DNA of 64,000 nt from assembly GCA_002633005.1 (NCBI GenBank), contig NMRA01000015.1, positions 1,717,766 through 1,781,765 of the forward strand. The letters are read 5' to 3'. The position numbers and the translations under genes were made by a program. This stretch comes from Phoronis australis. Taxonomy: Eukaryota > Animalia > Phoronida. Positions 1-13,300 of this stretch are shown one piece after another. The number at the start of each line of letters is the position of its first letter. The first letter of the stretch is position 1. A model generated the notes under the pieces. That model saw only the letters and a list, made by a program, of their open reading frames with translations. It had not been told where the DNA came from and searched no databases.

Positions 1-227
1 ATCATACAGTAATCCCAAACTCCATGTGTAGCTAGTTGGTCGGCTAATACTGTATAATGGGCTAAATAATTAGACAAAGCCCAACATGAACTGTTAACTG
101 TACCTAGGCACAAAATCAGGGAAAAGCTATTGGTAGACTTTGCTCGTGGTAAGCTGACCAGCCATTAAACAGAGACACCGCCTCAGCTTAGCAATGGGGA
201 TGGTGGCACACCCATCATAGTGGTGTT

Positions 228-420
228 AAAATGGCCAGTTGCCGATTTGGGCAACTCAGAGAAGGACTGCTAAAAAAATTGATTACAGGATTATTCGTTT
301 GGAAGAAATTAAAGACGTCGGTGGCCTCCTAAGTCGTCCCTCTATGCTCAAAAGGTACTTATAGCAATGTCACTTTGATGGATTAATCAGTGTGACTGTG
401 AGGCATTATTTGCTGAATAG
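228..420. repeat. Old dispersed repeat, second copy at ~15345-15530
   Basis: Shared blocks in the same order (aatggccagttg..gatttgggc; ttggaag.aattaaa; caaaaggtacttata; ctttgatg; gtgaggcat.attt) with the last intron of D2HGDH copy 1. Confidence 0.6.
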
Positions 421-467
421 ATTCTGTTGTATGAACGCCCTCTGTGATTCAGTATCCTATAATTACC

Positions 468-867
468 ACTGTGGTGCATGAACTTGAAATCCTGCTTAAT
501 CTCAAGATCGCGTATGCGTGAACTTGGAACTGAATATTCATGGGCAATTAGGTGAAATTTTTTATTCAGTTTAAAGAATTTTTGTAATTACTGGCTACGT
601 GATCAACCATTTTCTCCTCGAGCGTAGCTTGTGTCAAAGAATCAGACGAATATGTGAGTAGTTAAATCTGCAATTATTGTTTGGTGAAGATCGCCAATGG
701 TTGAAAAAGGATTGGTTAAAATTTACGTTATTTTATTTAGTGCAGTGAAAATTTTTATCAATGTGAATGTGATTATTTGAGTGAACTAGTCAAGTATCCT
801 AGTTTATGCTAAGTTCACGCATGCGCGATCTTGCTTAACAAGATTCCAAGATAACTGACAGCACCAC
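468..867 (+). mobile_element. MITE family A, copy 1 (~400 bp, terminal inverted repeats)
   Basis: Left end aacttgaaatcctgcttaatctcaagatcgcgtatgcgtgaactt is mirrored by aagttcacgcatgcgcgatcttg..agattccaag; interior matches copies at 3626-4062 and 5056-5489. Confidence 0.75.
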
Positions 868-1014
868 CGTCTCTACATGTAAAGTGTGTTATGGTTCTAA
901 ATTGTTTTTTATGTCAAACTACTTTACCATATTGATAATAAACATTTGGAGTGATTCCTAACTAACACCCCAACCGTAACACATTGATTTGCATTTACAT
1001 AAAAAATTTTAGTG

Positions 1015-2160
1015 TTTATTTATTATTATTATTTATTATTGTGATATTTAAAATGAGGGTGGCCTCTTCAGTGATAGCACTGCTTTCCAAGAGGGCCCTC
1101 AACAAGAAAAACAATAATATAATACAATGAAGTAATAAAACAACAATGAAATATACGTAACAAAGATACAATTAAAACAGGTTGAGAATTAAGACAATAA
1201 CTAAATGACAGATAACGGTAAAAATTTAACTAAGACAGATGAAATAAATTAAGAGATGACTCTAGACAGTGAGAGTATTTACGACAATGAAAAAATGACA
1301 TGATTAAGACAGGCAGGGTATAAAAGGTTTACAAACACTTTTTAATATTTACTTTAAAGGTAGTAATTGAATTGGACCGTTTAATTTCTGGGCTAAAAGA
1401 ATTTCATATTATAGCAGCTGCATAGATAAAAGTTCTCTTGCCCGTCTCGGTTTTAATTTTTTTAGAAGAAACATTGCCAGCAACAGAAGAATGTGTAGAA
1501 TATACAGCCTGACTGCAATTGAATTTACTGCTGAGATATGCTGGAGCCAAGCCATTGATACATCTGTACATACAACAGGCAGAGAGATATTTATTTCTTT
1601 GTCTTACTTTCATAAATCCCAGCTTGGAATACAAGTCGTCAACCCTAGTGTCCCTAACTCTAGTACCTAGGATAGCCCTGGTGGCTCTATTTTGGATTAC
1701 TTGGACTTTGCTGACAAATGTGTCACTAGTGTGCCCCCAAACCGGTAAACAATAATCAATATGAGGCTGAATAATAGAATGGTAAAGGGTCTTAAGAGTA
1801 CTGACATTAAGAAATTTGCCTTGACGTTTAAGTACACCAATTTTCTTTGATAATTTCTTTGTGATATGATCAATGTGCATATTAAATTTAAGATTGGGAT
1901 CTAAAGTAAGGCCCAAGTACTTAAACTTGTCAACATTCTCGATGGGAGAACCGTTGATAGAAAGGGATAGTTTTTGTTGTTTTAATTTCTGGTGGGTTCC
2001 AAACAGCATCGACTTGGTTTTACTAACGTTAAGAGTGAGTTTAGTTTGAATAAGCCAGTCAAGGATAAGGGCTAGCTCATCGTTGAGAGAAGTTTCGAGT
2101 TCTTTCACTGATCCAGCTGTGGACATAATTGCAGTGTCATCAGCGTATAAAACTGAGACA
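1015..2160 (-). mobile_element. 5'-truncated non-LTR retrotransposon (L2/Crack/CR1-group LINE) with 3' UTR and (AAT/AAAT)n tail
   Basis: YADD motif at 2147-2136 in frame with ORF 2126-1404 (LNVSKTKSMLF, KYLGLTLDPNLKF, LYHSIIQPHIDYC..VWG). The frame continues past a TGA to TAA at 1329. A stem-like 3' end (1054-1100) precedes the simple-repeat tail. Confidence 0.9.
1329..2147 (-). pseudogene. C-terminal LINE ORF2 reverse transcriptase fragment with a premature stop
   Basis: In-frame TGA at 1406-1404 where a W of the WNSL-type motif is expected (AII*NSFSPEIK); no endonuclease or N-terminal RT. Confidence 0.8.
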
Positions 2161-3625
2161 CTGTTAACACCATCTTAAACCATTTTTCACTAAAGAGTGT
2201 GCAAAATTCCCTTTCGCCTTGATCCCTACCAGATTCACCAATGTCAATCAGCTACTGTACAACTTAGTAAAGACTTTATACCAAGAACACCACTTGATGA
2301 CTATATGAATTACGTTTACTTGTTCCGTTTAAGTTATTCGAATATTTAGTAAATAATCTGAAAAGTGACTCGGAACTAAAATCACAGCCTCGTCCCCAAG
2401 CCTCAAGATGGCACTGATCCGTTTAGCCCTTTGAGGCTTGGTTATGGGAACTATCTTCTGTGTATTGATTGGCCGTTAGCCTTGAATTCATTAAAACAAA
2501 GGCAGACTGTAATTATTTTCAAAGGTGTTGTTGTTGATCATGAAGTAGAAGGTATTGTTTGGTTATTGTTTGAAATAATGGTTGTTGGCGCACTTATTTT
2601 CAAGTATTCTTTATTAATAGAATCATAGAAATTTTAATTAACTGATTAAAATCAATTTTTGAATAAAAAATACATTATTTTTGCAATGATTTGGACCTAT
2701 AAATTGCTTCAGTATAGCGTCTAGGCAACACGTAGCCCCTCGGTTGGCCGGTTAGGGGCTACAATACTTCCCATCGCTTTCTGTACGAATTTCATCCTGT
2801 GTATTTAAACGGGCGGTAGGCCAAATCTGGTCACTGATTGAGAGTTTTCACTTCATCAAAAATAGATTCTACACTTAATACTATGACTTAAAAAGCGCTT
2901 AATAAATTCATCAGTGTTCCTTTCTATTTCTACATATATCTTCGATGAAGTATAAATACGACAATTAAGATAACTTTGGCAAAGAATTCCAACTCCACTT
3001 TTTGGTCATCATTAACTTTTTCACCACACGAGTGACAACCACAAAGTATTTCAACTGAGTTATGTGAGTTAGGCAAAGCGTAGCGCGAGAGTGAGCAAAG
3101 CACGTGAAGCTGGCCAGTGCGACACTTGCAAAATAGCACGGGAAGGTATCAGGTGATATTTGTAAGATTTGTGACCCTTGGACCTTTTATTTGTCAACAT
3201 GCGCGTGATTTCACGTAATTTCCTCAAAATGGCACCCGGTAAGAGAAACTCGAGCAAACTGCGACAGGTTTTCATCGATTTGTTCAAATTAATTTTTGTT
3301 GACTGAATCGTCTCCAGACTTATGGTATGCGTTAACAACTCCATGTGCATGTAAGCATGTTTCATTTGATTTTATTTTACTGTATTTTGAAATTCGTAAT
3401 TTTTTGTGGGGATGTATCATTGCCCCTGTATGCCTGCGGCATCCAGAGTGATTTAATTGCCTATATACTATTAGTTTTCATTTTTATACTGCAGAACAAC
3501 TCCTGAACATTTCAAAGTTGGTATAACTCGTAAAAAAAGTGTCAGAATTCTGACACATTTCATTTGCCATAACCAAGCGTCAATAGGCTAAGTCGATCAG
3601 TGCCATAATGCTTGGGGTCGAGGCT

Positions 3626-4062
3626 GCTGCTGTGCGTAAACTTGGAATCCTGCTTAATCTCAAGACTAAGCGGAAGTGAGTGTTGCATGAACTTTTTTTG
3701 GAATTGAATATTCTTTAAGGCAAAAAGGTGAAATTTTTGTTCGGTGAAAAGAATTTTTGTAATTATTAACCTCGCCATCAACCATTTTTTCCTTTACCAT
3801 AACTTGTGTAGCTGAACCGCAGGAATATGTGAATGGCTAAATCGATTATTGTTTGGTGAAACTGATTGCCCATATAGTTGAAAAGGTTGGTTAAAATTGA
3901 CATTATTTTATTCAAATGTAACTTGATTAGCGCAGTGCAGTGCAAATTTTGAATGTGATTATTTGCGTGAACTTGTCAAGTTGCCTCACGTATTCCAAGT
4001 TCATGCAACAATCACTTCCGCTTAATCTTGAGATATAAGATTCCAAGTTCATGTACATCACT
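3626..4062 (+). mobile_element. MITE family A, copy 2
   Basis: aacttggaatcctgcttaatctcaagactaagcggaagtga mirrored by tcacttccgcttaatcttgagat..gattccaagtt; interior colinear with copy 1. Confidence 0.8.
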
Positions 4063-4239
4063 GCTAAAATCATGGCTTGGAAACAGGGCAATGCCAATCA
4101 CTTACTTCTGGTTTTCCATACTTGTGGAACTTTCACTTTGACACGGATGAGTTCAACTAACCAATGTGTCCACTACTTTACTCTTTCATGATTAAAGATT
4201 TACCACATCGTACCGATAGTTCACGATACACAACAGAGC

Positions 4240-4407
4240 AGTAATCAGTGGCAGTGTCGAGAGCAGTGAACCCACAACTTCGCTATCCGCACTGACACAA
4301 CTCTCGTGTTTATTTCCGGGTGAGACACGCATGCACAGAAGGCAACAACAGGAAAAGGGTAAAGGTCATTTTTTGACGTTGACCGACGGCACGACAACAC
4401 GGTAAGT
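4240..4407 (+). promoter_or_regulatory. CpG-enriched candidate promoter and non-coding first exon, probably of D2HGDH
   Basis: Local CpG excess, AAAGGTCA half-site at 4361-4368 and a strong donor G|GTAAGT at 4401/4402. The ATG exon of D2HGDH copy 1 begins with an acceptor (AG at 10286-10287), so an upstream exon is expected. Confidence 0.45.
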
Positions 4408-4623
4408 ATGGATGGATTTTATGCGTCCACATACATTTGTGTGGATGTATATTGCCGTTTGTCTCTGTCTAGCGTTTCCGACGTCTTCATGGCATCCCTG
4501 AAGCCTATCGCTTTGCCTTAGTGGTGTTGTATTTTACTGCAGGTTCACTAGCTAGGCCTCCCTGAGTTGCCTGAGTACCCACCAGTTAAAACACAGCTAT
4601 TCAAGCTTCAGTAAAACTCAATC

Positions 4624-4877
4624 CAGCCTCCTGTGCAGTAACGCTAGGACCTCGCTAAAAAGCAAGACTTCGCGAGATTATGTGAGATATTGCCGTGTAT
4701 TTTAAATGAGAACACGACTGACTTTGACTAGGTATTAGCTACTAAGGTCCTAGCGTAGGTCCTAGCCAAAACCTAGTCAAAGTCACGTGCTCTCATTTAA
4801 AATTCACGGCAATATCTCCCGTAATCTCGCGAAGTCTTGCTTTTTAGCGAGGTCCTAGCATTATTGCCCGGAGGCAG
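4624..4877. mobile_element. Near-palindromic (foldback) MITE, family B
   Basis: ~110-bp arms: gctaggacctcgctaaaaagcaagacttcgcgagatta..gagatattgccgtg versus cacggcaatatctc..taatctcgcgaagtcttgctttttagcgaggtcctagc; related element at 44158-44311. Confidence 0.85.
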
Positions 4878-5055
4878 GTGCCCATCCCTGACATCCTGAT
4901 TGCTTGCTGAAAGACTGCCAACAGGGTTCCCGTCAGCATCCGGGGAACCACAAAACTGACAAATGACAAGACACCACAGAAAGATAAAGGACGAATGATG
5001 TTGACGATTACAACAGTGGTAATTTACTTTTTCCCTCTGGTTTGTTCCATAGACA

Positions 5056-5489
5056 TGCTGTGCGTGAATTTGGAATCCTGCTTGATCTCAAGATCGCGTA
5101 TGCGTGAACTTTGAATACGCGAGGAAACTTGACATTAGTTCACTCAAATCAGTAATCACGGATGTTCATAAAAAATTGCATTGCACTAAATCAAATTACA
5201 TTTGAATAAAATGATGTCAATTTAAGCAACCTTTTCAACTACTCAACTACCGATGATCTATTTCACCAAACAGTAATTGATATATTTAGCCATTTAAATA
5301 TTCCTCGGTTCTGCGATACACGTTACGGTAAAGGAGAAAATGGGTGATCAGGAGGCCAATAATTACCAAAATTCGTTTCTCTGAACAAAAAATTTCACCA
5401 GATTGCCTTAAAGAATATTCAATTCCAAGTTCATGCATTATAATGCGATCTTAAGAAGTTAAGCAGGATTCCAAGTTCATGAACAGCAG
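5056..5489 (-). mobile_element. MITE family A, copy 3 (inverted)
   Basis: Same terminal repeats; interior is the reverse complement of copies 1 and 2. Confidence 0.8.
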
Positions 5490-5607
5490 TTCTTCAAAGT
5501 TTCTTAACCAATTTTCATGAAATTTGGTAAACAGTCGCTCGATTTATACTTATGGAGAAAGCAAAGCATCCCCATTTTCGGATGGATGTATTCTGTGGGG
5601 TTGTTGC

Positions 5608-5968
5608 AGCTCAAACTGATGCCTGCGCCAAACTGATTTTGCTCACTTTAAGTTGGCACATGTTCGGTGAGCCAAACTACATCCCCGCGCCAAATTAAGC
5701 AGAATCTACCATAAGTTCTCAAATTACTACCAGTGGCTTATGAGGTTTTTGTCGGTTATTAGAACTGAAATTGCCGACAATGAGTTCTCACATATGCAGG
5801 TCATAAAGATTAATCACATAGGGGAACCGTCCTGAGAAACTATAATGCACCACTTCGCACTCATTGTCGTCAATTTCATTTCTGATAACAGGCAAAAACT
5901 CATAAACCACTGGCAATAATTTGGGAGCTTATGGTAGCTTCAGTTTGGCGCAGGCATCAGTTTGGGCT
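5608..5968. mobile_element. Foldback/MITE-like element, family C
   Basis: Outer arms agctcaaactgatgcctgcgccaaactga / tcagtttggcgcaggcatcagtttgggct plus ~80-bp inner arms (ctaccataag...gacaatgagt / actcattgtc...cttatggtag). Confidence 0.8.
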
Positions 5969-6149
5969 ACTAAAGGTTCACATGGTGGCTATTTTTGTTA
6001 TCTTAATACTGTTTTTTGGCATCCTCCTTGCTTTCTGCTAAACCGATCGAAGAAGAGGACAGCGGATGTTAATTTTCGTACGGGTGACAACTGTAGCATG
6101 TCGTGGTATCTATTTTGCTGTTTTGCCTACCGTTCGATGTGCCATGTTT

Positions 6150-6840
6150 CTTAATGAAATGTGTTGTGTGCAACTGTTCTAATTCAGGAGAGCACAGCTA
6201 TCCTTGATTTTCACCCCCTAGTGCTAGTAGCAATTTTTCCCCTGCCTCAATCGGTTGTTCCTTACAAAGACATCCATACAAATTTTATTTTATGTGTTTC
6301 TATTGAGGTGGAAATAGCTGGTTGATTTCTAGACGAGTCCGTCTGCTGTGACCTTTCCTCGTGGCAGTAAAGTGGTTTTCATTCCACATGCCTAAATTTC
6401 TTCCGTTTCCTTGAAATCCCCATTAAATTTAGCATATAATTATTATATGAAGGCAATTTCAGATAGTTTTGCGGACTTTTTTTGTATCCCTATTGTGGGA
6501 ATTTTTATTATTGTTTGTGTCTGGTTTTGGCATCTGCCACCCTGTCCTCAAACTACTTGAATAATTTTGAAAGATGGCAGATGTGTTCCTATTGAGGAGA
6601 GCATAGGTGACATTAATTTTCGGACTGTTCTGCTATAGTGTCCACTGGTGGCAGTTTTAGTTTCCTCAGCATTTGCCTCAATATCTAGGAATTTTTTCAT
6701 GAAATTTAAGAGGCTCGTATGCTCCTATTGAGAATGACTGGTGCCAATTTTGGTATGGTTCTGACTATAACTGTGATGCGCCCTCTAGTGACAAAGTGTC
6801 ATGTGTCTGCATTTTACAGTCAAATCTCATCAATTTTTCC
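6150..6840 (+). repeat. Degenerate internally repetitive element; similar tracts at ~14340-14870 and (inverted) ~29090-29850
   Basis: Recurrent decayed units such as (t)gaaat(t/g)tggca..tgtgtt(c/t)ctattgag..g and aattt(c/t)gga.tg; boundaries approximate. Confidence 0.4.
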
Positions 6841-8029
6841 TTTAAAGATAGTGCGTCGCACCAACTTATACTTCACTATGTTCAAGTTTTGTACCACAGC
6901 TACCAGCAATACTCTGGGCATTCACAACAATGTTGCAAGCGGAGGTTTAATAGGGCAGAGAATGGGTTCACTCGGTGTCCTGTAGTTGGCTGGGAACATG
7001 CCAGACAGTACTGGCTCTGTTCAGATGGTAGTACTGGATATGCGTATTTTGGACATACTGTATTTATCCGGGTTACTGCCCAAAACACTTAAATTGGGGA
7101 ACTGAAAAATCAAGGTGGGAGTTAAACCAAGCATGGGTACTTAAAAAGAAAATTTTTGAGAAATCGAGAGTGAATGTATACCTGAGTGGATGATTGTTGA
7201 AGTTATGATAATGTCGTACTTCATGTGCAAGAGTCTAATAATACAGCACCGGATTGTTGACGATGTTAAGGTGCTTACAGTGTCTGGACTGGAATGATCT
7301 CGCACAGTAATTTAGAAACGTATTATACGTATATGGCTTTTTATGCAGTGTATCTCTAATATTTTTCGATGCAAACATTACATACAAAATGATCCAACCA
7401 AACCCTGTTCATGCAAATGCTATCCACACTTTTTGCATGTGAATACGATAATATTCGAATGTGCAGGATAGTACAAGTAAGTATTTTCTCCCCTGAATGT
7501 GGCAGTTAAAAGAGTTTCCACTGAAACTTATAAATCGGTAAATAAAACTGTTACTGCAGACTGCAATGTTACGTTATGTTACGTTATGTTATTCCGATTG
7601 GGCGTACGAATACACTTTTTTCCCGCCATGTAAGAGGACTTTCTACACTGTAGTTCTTGCGCCAGATGTCGCTCTCTCTGACTATTTATTCTGGTACCGC
7701 TCTATTTGAACGCCATTCCACAAACGTTTTATGGTGGATGAACGTCAATGTACATAATTAGTTTCTTCGGAATTTTGGTTGGACTTGGGGCGATATTGGC
7801 GTAAGTACTCATGTTTCTTACAATACAGTTTATTTGCATTCATTAGTATGTGAGTACTCATGTTCTCTCAGGTGTACTTAATGTTTTGAACGCTTGTCAT
7901 TAATGTATACCCTTTGCCAGTTATCATTTTACTTGGGCGTTGTCCTCCTAAATGTTACTGTATATACATGGTAGAGCCCTATGCAACATGTAAGCTTGAA
8001 CATGGTTTTTTTTGGTTCTTTCAGTTTAC

Positions 8030-8081
8030 CTACTACTACTACTACGAATACTGCTACTACTATTATCACGCCTCCTACTAC
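8030..8081 (+). repeat. Imperfect (TAC)n microsatellite
   Basis: ctactactactactacgaatactgctactactattatcac..ctactac seen directly. Confidence 0.8.
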
Positions 8082-8255
8082 CGCAACATATGTAAATAAA
8101 GAGTAAAGCCCCCCGAACCTGTTTGTTTTGCTCCAACATTTGTAAAGCCAATGGCCTGCTGTTCCACTGAATGGACTGCGACATGAATGGACTCAATGCG
8201 TATGAGTGCTACAGTGAGTCATTTCTATAGTGTCTTGTGAAGTTCCAGTAAACTG

Positions 8256-8591
8256 NNNNNNNNNNNNNNNNNNNNNNNNNNNNNNNNNNNNNNNNNNNNN
8301 NNNNNNNNNNNNNNNNNNNNNNNNNNNNNNNNNNNNNNNNNNNNNNNNNNNNNNNNNNNNNNNNNNNNNNNNNNNNNNNNNNNNNNNNNNNNNNNNNNNN
8401 NNNNNNNNNNNNNNNNNNNNNNNNNNNNNNNNNNNNNNNNNNNNNNNNNNNNNNNNNNNNNNNNNNNNNNNNNNNNNNNNNNNNNNNNNNNNNNNNNNNN
8501 NNNNNNNNNNNNNNNNNNNNNNNNNNNNNNNNNNNNNNNNNNNNNNNNNNNNNNNNNNNNNNNNNNNNNNNNNNNNNNNNNNNNNNNNNNN
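8256..8591. other. Assembly gap (N run)
   Basis: 336 N. Confidence 1.
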
Positions 8592-9452
8592 GAAGGCATA
8601 GAAGCCTGTACCAAGTTTCTTAGTCAACGTAATAATCCTAATGTACCTACATCTTTTATTCGCTCTCTTCTTGAACATGTACTTACCATGAATCATTTTA
8701 CCTTTAATAATAATCACTATCTCCAAATATTAGGCACAGCCATGGGAACTAGGGTTGCTCCTACCTTTGCTAACCTCTTTATGGGAAATCTTGAAAACAG
8801 CTTCATCAAATCCTGCTCTGAAAAACCCCTTCTCTGGCTAAGATACATTGATGACATTTTTATGATATGGACCCATGGTCCACAAAAATTAGATGTATTT
8901 TTAGAAAATATTAACAAATTTCACCCTACTATAAAGTTCACTCATGACATTTCTCAAAATAAAGTCTCATTTTTAGATGTAACTGTCACTCTTAATAATG
9001 ATAAACTAGAAACTGACTTATTCTGTAAAGAAACTGACAAACACCAGTATCTGTCATATCACTCGTGTCATCCCTTTCATTGCAAGAAAAGCCTTCCATA
9101 TAGCCTTGCCCTAAGAATTCGACGCATTTGTTCAGAAGAAACTTCCTTTAATAACCGTTTAAAAGAACTCAAGTACTATCTAATTCAACGTCATTTCCCT
9201 TTACATCTTATACACAAACAGTTTGACAAAGTCCGCTCAATTACTCGAAATGAATCTTTAAGAACTAAAACTAAAGGCAATACTACTAATAGAATACCTT
9301 TCATAACTATGTTCAATCCATGTTTAAACGGAATTAGCCACGTCTTCAAAAAACATCTTTCTACGCTGCATATTTCCCCTCAAATGAAAAACCTATTTCC
9401 TCATCCCCCTATAATTTCTTGGAGACTTCGATATCTTCCAACACAATTGTAG
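8592..9452 (+). mobile_element. Penelope-like retroelement reverse transcriptase fragment
   Basis: Open from the gap edge (EGIEAC...), GTAMGTRVAPTFANLFMG, WLRYIDDIF, SFLDVTV and thumb region KKSLPYSLALRIRRICS; stops near PPIISWR, before any GIY-YIG domain. Confidence 0.88.
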
Positions 9453-10381
9453 TTCGAGCTCTTAGATTTGGTTATGGATTGTGTTCTATGCAGAATTAGT
9501 CATAAAGATTGTTTCTGCGTTGTATAACATGCACACTGTACTGAAAAGCTGGTAAACAATGTATGACCTTACACTTGAGCCATATATTCAAATACATGTC
9601 CATGTCCTTATGTTTGAAGTCATTTGCATTCTGGGATAAATTAAAGAATGAATTTGAATACGAAATTCGCATCGGTTGGTCATATGTAATATTTTATTTT
9701 TACCTATTATATATTTTCATGGAATGGTGTAAGGCTGAGGGAGATTTGTAAAACCCTGAACCACGCGGTGGATCCACCACTGCTAATGTATTCTGAGAAA
9801 CCAAATTATAGCACTGCTGCTGCTAAAGGACAAGAAACCCGCGCCCGTCACAGATAACTGTTCTAATTATGACCACTGAACGCTATTGGAAACTGATCTG
9901 AACGTCTTCCTAATTCAAGTGATAAGTGGTTCCTGCACTCGGAGAAAATTGTCAGTTACCATTGTTTGAGACCATGCACGCTGTCACATTTGCCAACTAG
10001 TTTCAGAACTTCATCGCAAGCAAGAGAATTAACAATAGTCGGTTTCTCCTTGCTCAGGAGTCACTTCTAACCTACTGTATATCATGTAACAATTTGAGAC
10101 CAATTTCATAACATCATAATAGCAAAAGTGGTCCTAATCTTAAGAAAGTTTCAAGGATGGAAGATGATGTTATTGCCATTTTAAGTCTCAGATTCCTTTT
10201 CTATGCAATAAAACTTACCTGACATAACTGTTAACTTGTTTAAGAGGCATGTCTGTATACTTAATGCTATTCTGGGTTTTGTTTTAGACAAGACTAACCT
10301 CCGATAGTGAACTTTGAGTGTGTGATCAACTATGTAAACAGCAGCTTGAACTGATAAGACACTGACTGGGATGACTGGAAG

Positions 10382-13300
10382 ATGAACTACCTTGCACGCT
10401 GGGCTCTGTCAAGATCTGTTCTCCATTCTTGGCCTGCATTGAGAGGAAGGCTATGGCAGACATCCCGAACACTGACCGGTGTAGTGGACAGCGATGCAGG
10501 TGGACAGGAGTTGGAGTTGACCAGTGTCCGCTACAATGTGCAACGTGGCCAGTACTCGCGAGTTGAAGATAAGGACGTGCAGGTCTTTGAAGGATTAGTT
10601 CCCGGTCGTGTTACGACTACTGACTTGGAAGGATACAATACAGACTGGCTTAAGACATGTAGAGGTATGATGCTCAAGTTAACGTAGAATGACATGCTTG
10701 CTTTTTCTCTTCTGAAAGAATTTGACATTTTTTCTTATCTGAGCTTTTTATAGCGTCTCTAAGGTGTTTGTTCAAGGGAAGGCTGAGATGCCTTCCTTTT
10801 AAATTTTCAGTTTGATGACTTATGCTGCTGGGAATAGAGTATATTCTTGTAGTAGTGGAGATCTGTATCTTGTGACAATAATTATACTGTCCTGGGCTTA
10901 CATCAACACTGGGAGATATCTATCCCTAACTGATATGTGTTTTGAGCTTTTCCCATATCACTTGGATACAAAATTTTGAATAGTTCATGGTAATCACAGT
11001 TGGAACAAGAGTCACTTTGTTTTTATTGGAATGTGAAAGTGTCACCGTTTTGGTTCAGATATACTGGACAACAAAGACACATACACACATATTTGGCTCC
11101 GAAATTCACTGTCTCTGTGGCCCTGTACTTCTGTAATTAATTGTCGATCTGCCACTACAGGTGAAAGCCAGGTCCTGCTGAAGCCAAAGACGACCGAGGA
11201 AGTGTCGGCCATATTGAAGTATTGCAATGAACGCCACCTGGCTGTTTGCCCACAAGGTGGCAACACTGGTCTAGTTGGTGGGAGTGTGCCGGTATTTGAT
11301 GAGGTGATAGTGTCTACACAGCTGATGAATCAGGTGATCAGCCTGGACCAGGTGTCAGGTAATGTTGACTGGATCAAGTGTTAAATATGCTCCTGTGCTG
11401 AGGGGCCCTGTCCACCCTACACGGTCACTCTTCACTCACACTTTGTCATTATACATACCATAGCACTTTCTGCCAAACTTATACTTCTTCTGTCTTCATC
11501 TACATGGAGTGGTTGTTTCCATAAATCTATTATCACATGAAAGCAGTGTCTTATGCTCTGGAATACAAACTGTTATGGAGCCTACAGTATATCTCAATGT
11601 TGTCAAGGCTTCAGTGAACTAGGATACAACATTCTGAATCCTAGAGTGAACAACTGCTCTAAAAATCAGTGGTCATCAATCAGCTAATGAAGCCACCAAA
11701 AGTTTAAAGTATCAGTAAGTTGCAACCCTGTAATCATTCACTTGTTAAATGTTGTCCCTCATTAATTGGTGCATGTCTTTACAGGAGCACTAGTGTGCCA
11801 GGCTGGATGTATTCTAGAGAACTTAAGCACATACTTGTCAGAGTATGACATGATGATGCCTCTGGACCTTGGAGCCAAAGGAAGTTGTAACATTGGTGGT
11901 AACATAGCAACTAACGCTGGAGGACTCAGGCTTCTTAGATACGGATCTCTGCATGGCACAGTGCTGGGAGTAGAAGCGGTAAATACACCAGACCTGCTCA
12001 CATATTTAACAGTTTTAGTGCACGTGCCCTTTGAAAGCTTGCTGTGTTACCAAAGGGACTGGGTAGATGTGCAGTATGAAGTCTTTCTGCGAATACACAG
12101 CATTTAAACATTTGAATTCAGTAATTATTCAGATTATGAATCTTTTAAAGATAGCTGAAAACTGATACGTGCACATCCTATAGCACAAGTTTATGAGATA
12201 TCTTCAGTTGTTGTAACACAGTGATTGCAAAAATATGCATCTCGTCTACTGTACAGTGAAAGGAAAGGGTTGATTTTTGCGACAATTCAAGCAATTCAAC
12301 ATCAATAGCAAAAGAAGCAAGTGATTTGTATTTTTTCAAACATTTTCATTTTCAGGTACTTGCTAACGGTGAAGTGGTTGATTGTCTTTCATCTCTGAGA
12401 AAAGACAACACGGGCTACGATGTTAAACAGTTGTTCATTGGCTCAGAGGGAACCCTGGGAATTGTAACGGCTGCGTCCATTCTGTGCCCTCGGTTACCTA
12501 GTGCGGTCAATGTAGCCTTTCTGGGTAGGACGTTTTAATGTGCATAGACGAAAAGTGTTTGTACCACTCAAGGTTTTGTAACCAGAAACTTCAAAGTAAC
12601 ACAAGAGCAGACAATTTCGCGTATCATCAAAATCCGAATTCCAGACCTCTATCTTACCTCCACTAGATGTCTCTACCATTGCGGTCAGCTTTCTTATACT
12701 TACACACAACAAAAGTGAGAAACCATACTAATGTGTTTAGTATCTTGACTGTGAAGAGCATTCAACGACTCTTGCTTTAGTTAGACTTGAATGAGGTCAT
12801 GGAGGAACCAAGAAAATTGCCCAAATTCGGCTTACAGACTTTGGAATTTCGAATCTCAGAAATGACTGGCAGTGGCACATCTACGTTTTCAGTAAGGGGG
12901 GTTTAGGATTCAAGCGAATCCGAAGCGTGTAGCGCCGAGCGCAGGGAAGGTCCCACGTAAAAATTTTTGTGGTTTTTAATTGCTGATTTCGTTTTTCTGG
13001 CGAAAATTTGTTTAATTTCTATTTTTGACCCTGTCCCGAGGGGGCGTTTGAACCCCCTGAACCCCCCTGTAGATCCGCCTCTGACTGGTTGCCTTGGAGT
13101 CGCGTGAAACTTTCACGCACTATTCATTATGCACTGTTCTCCTGTGAGGAATTGTTTTCAAAATGTTCTACTTTTGCACGAGGGGTTATCAAAAATAAGA
13201 CATTCACGATTTTTATGGAAAATACTCAAAAGTTGTTTGAAATGAAAACAAAATGGGAAGTTAGAAAACTGTAACAGCGTTTTTGAGCTTTGGTTTTGAA

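Noticed and set aside
1404-1406. In-frame TGA as selenocysteine or recoding
   Set aside because: Lies in a truncated LINE at an expected Trp; a TGG-to-TGA decay mutation is the simpler explanation.
8193-8726. ORFs spanning the N gap
   Set aside because: Artefacts of translating Ns.
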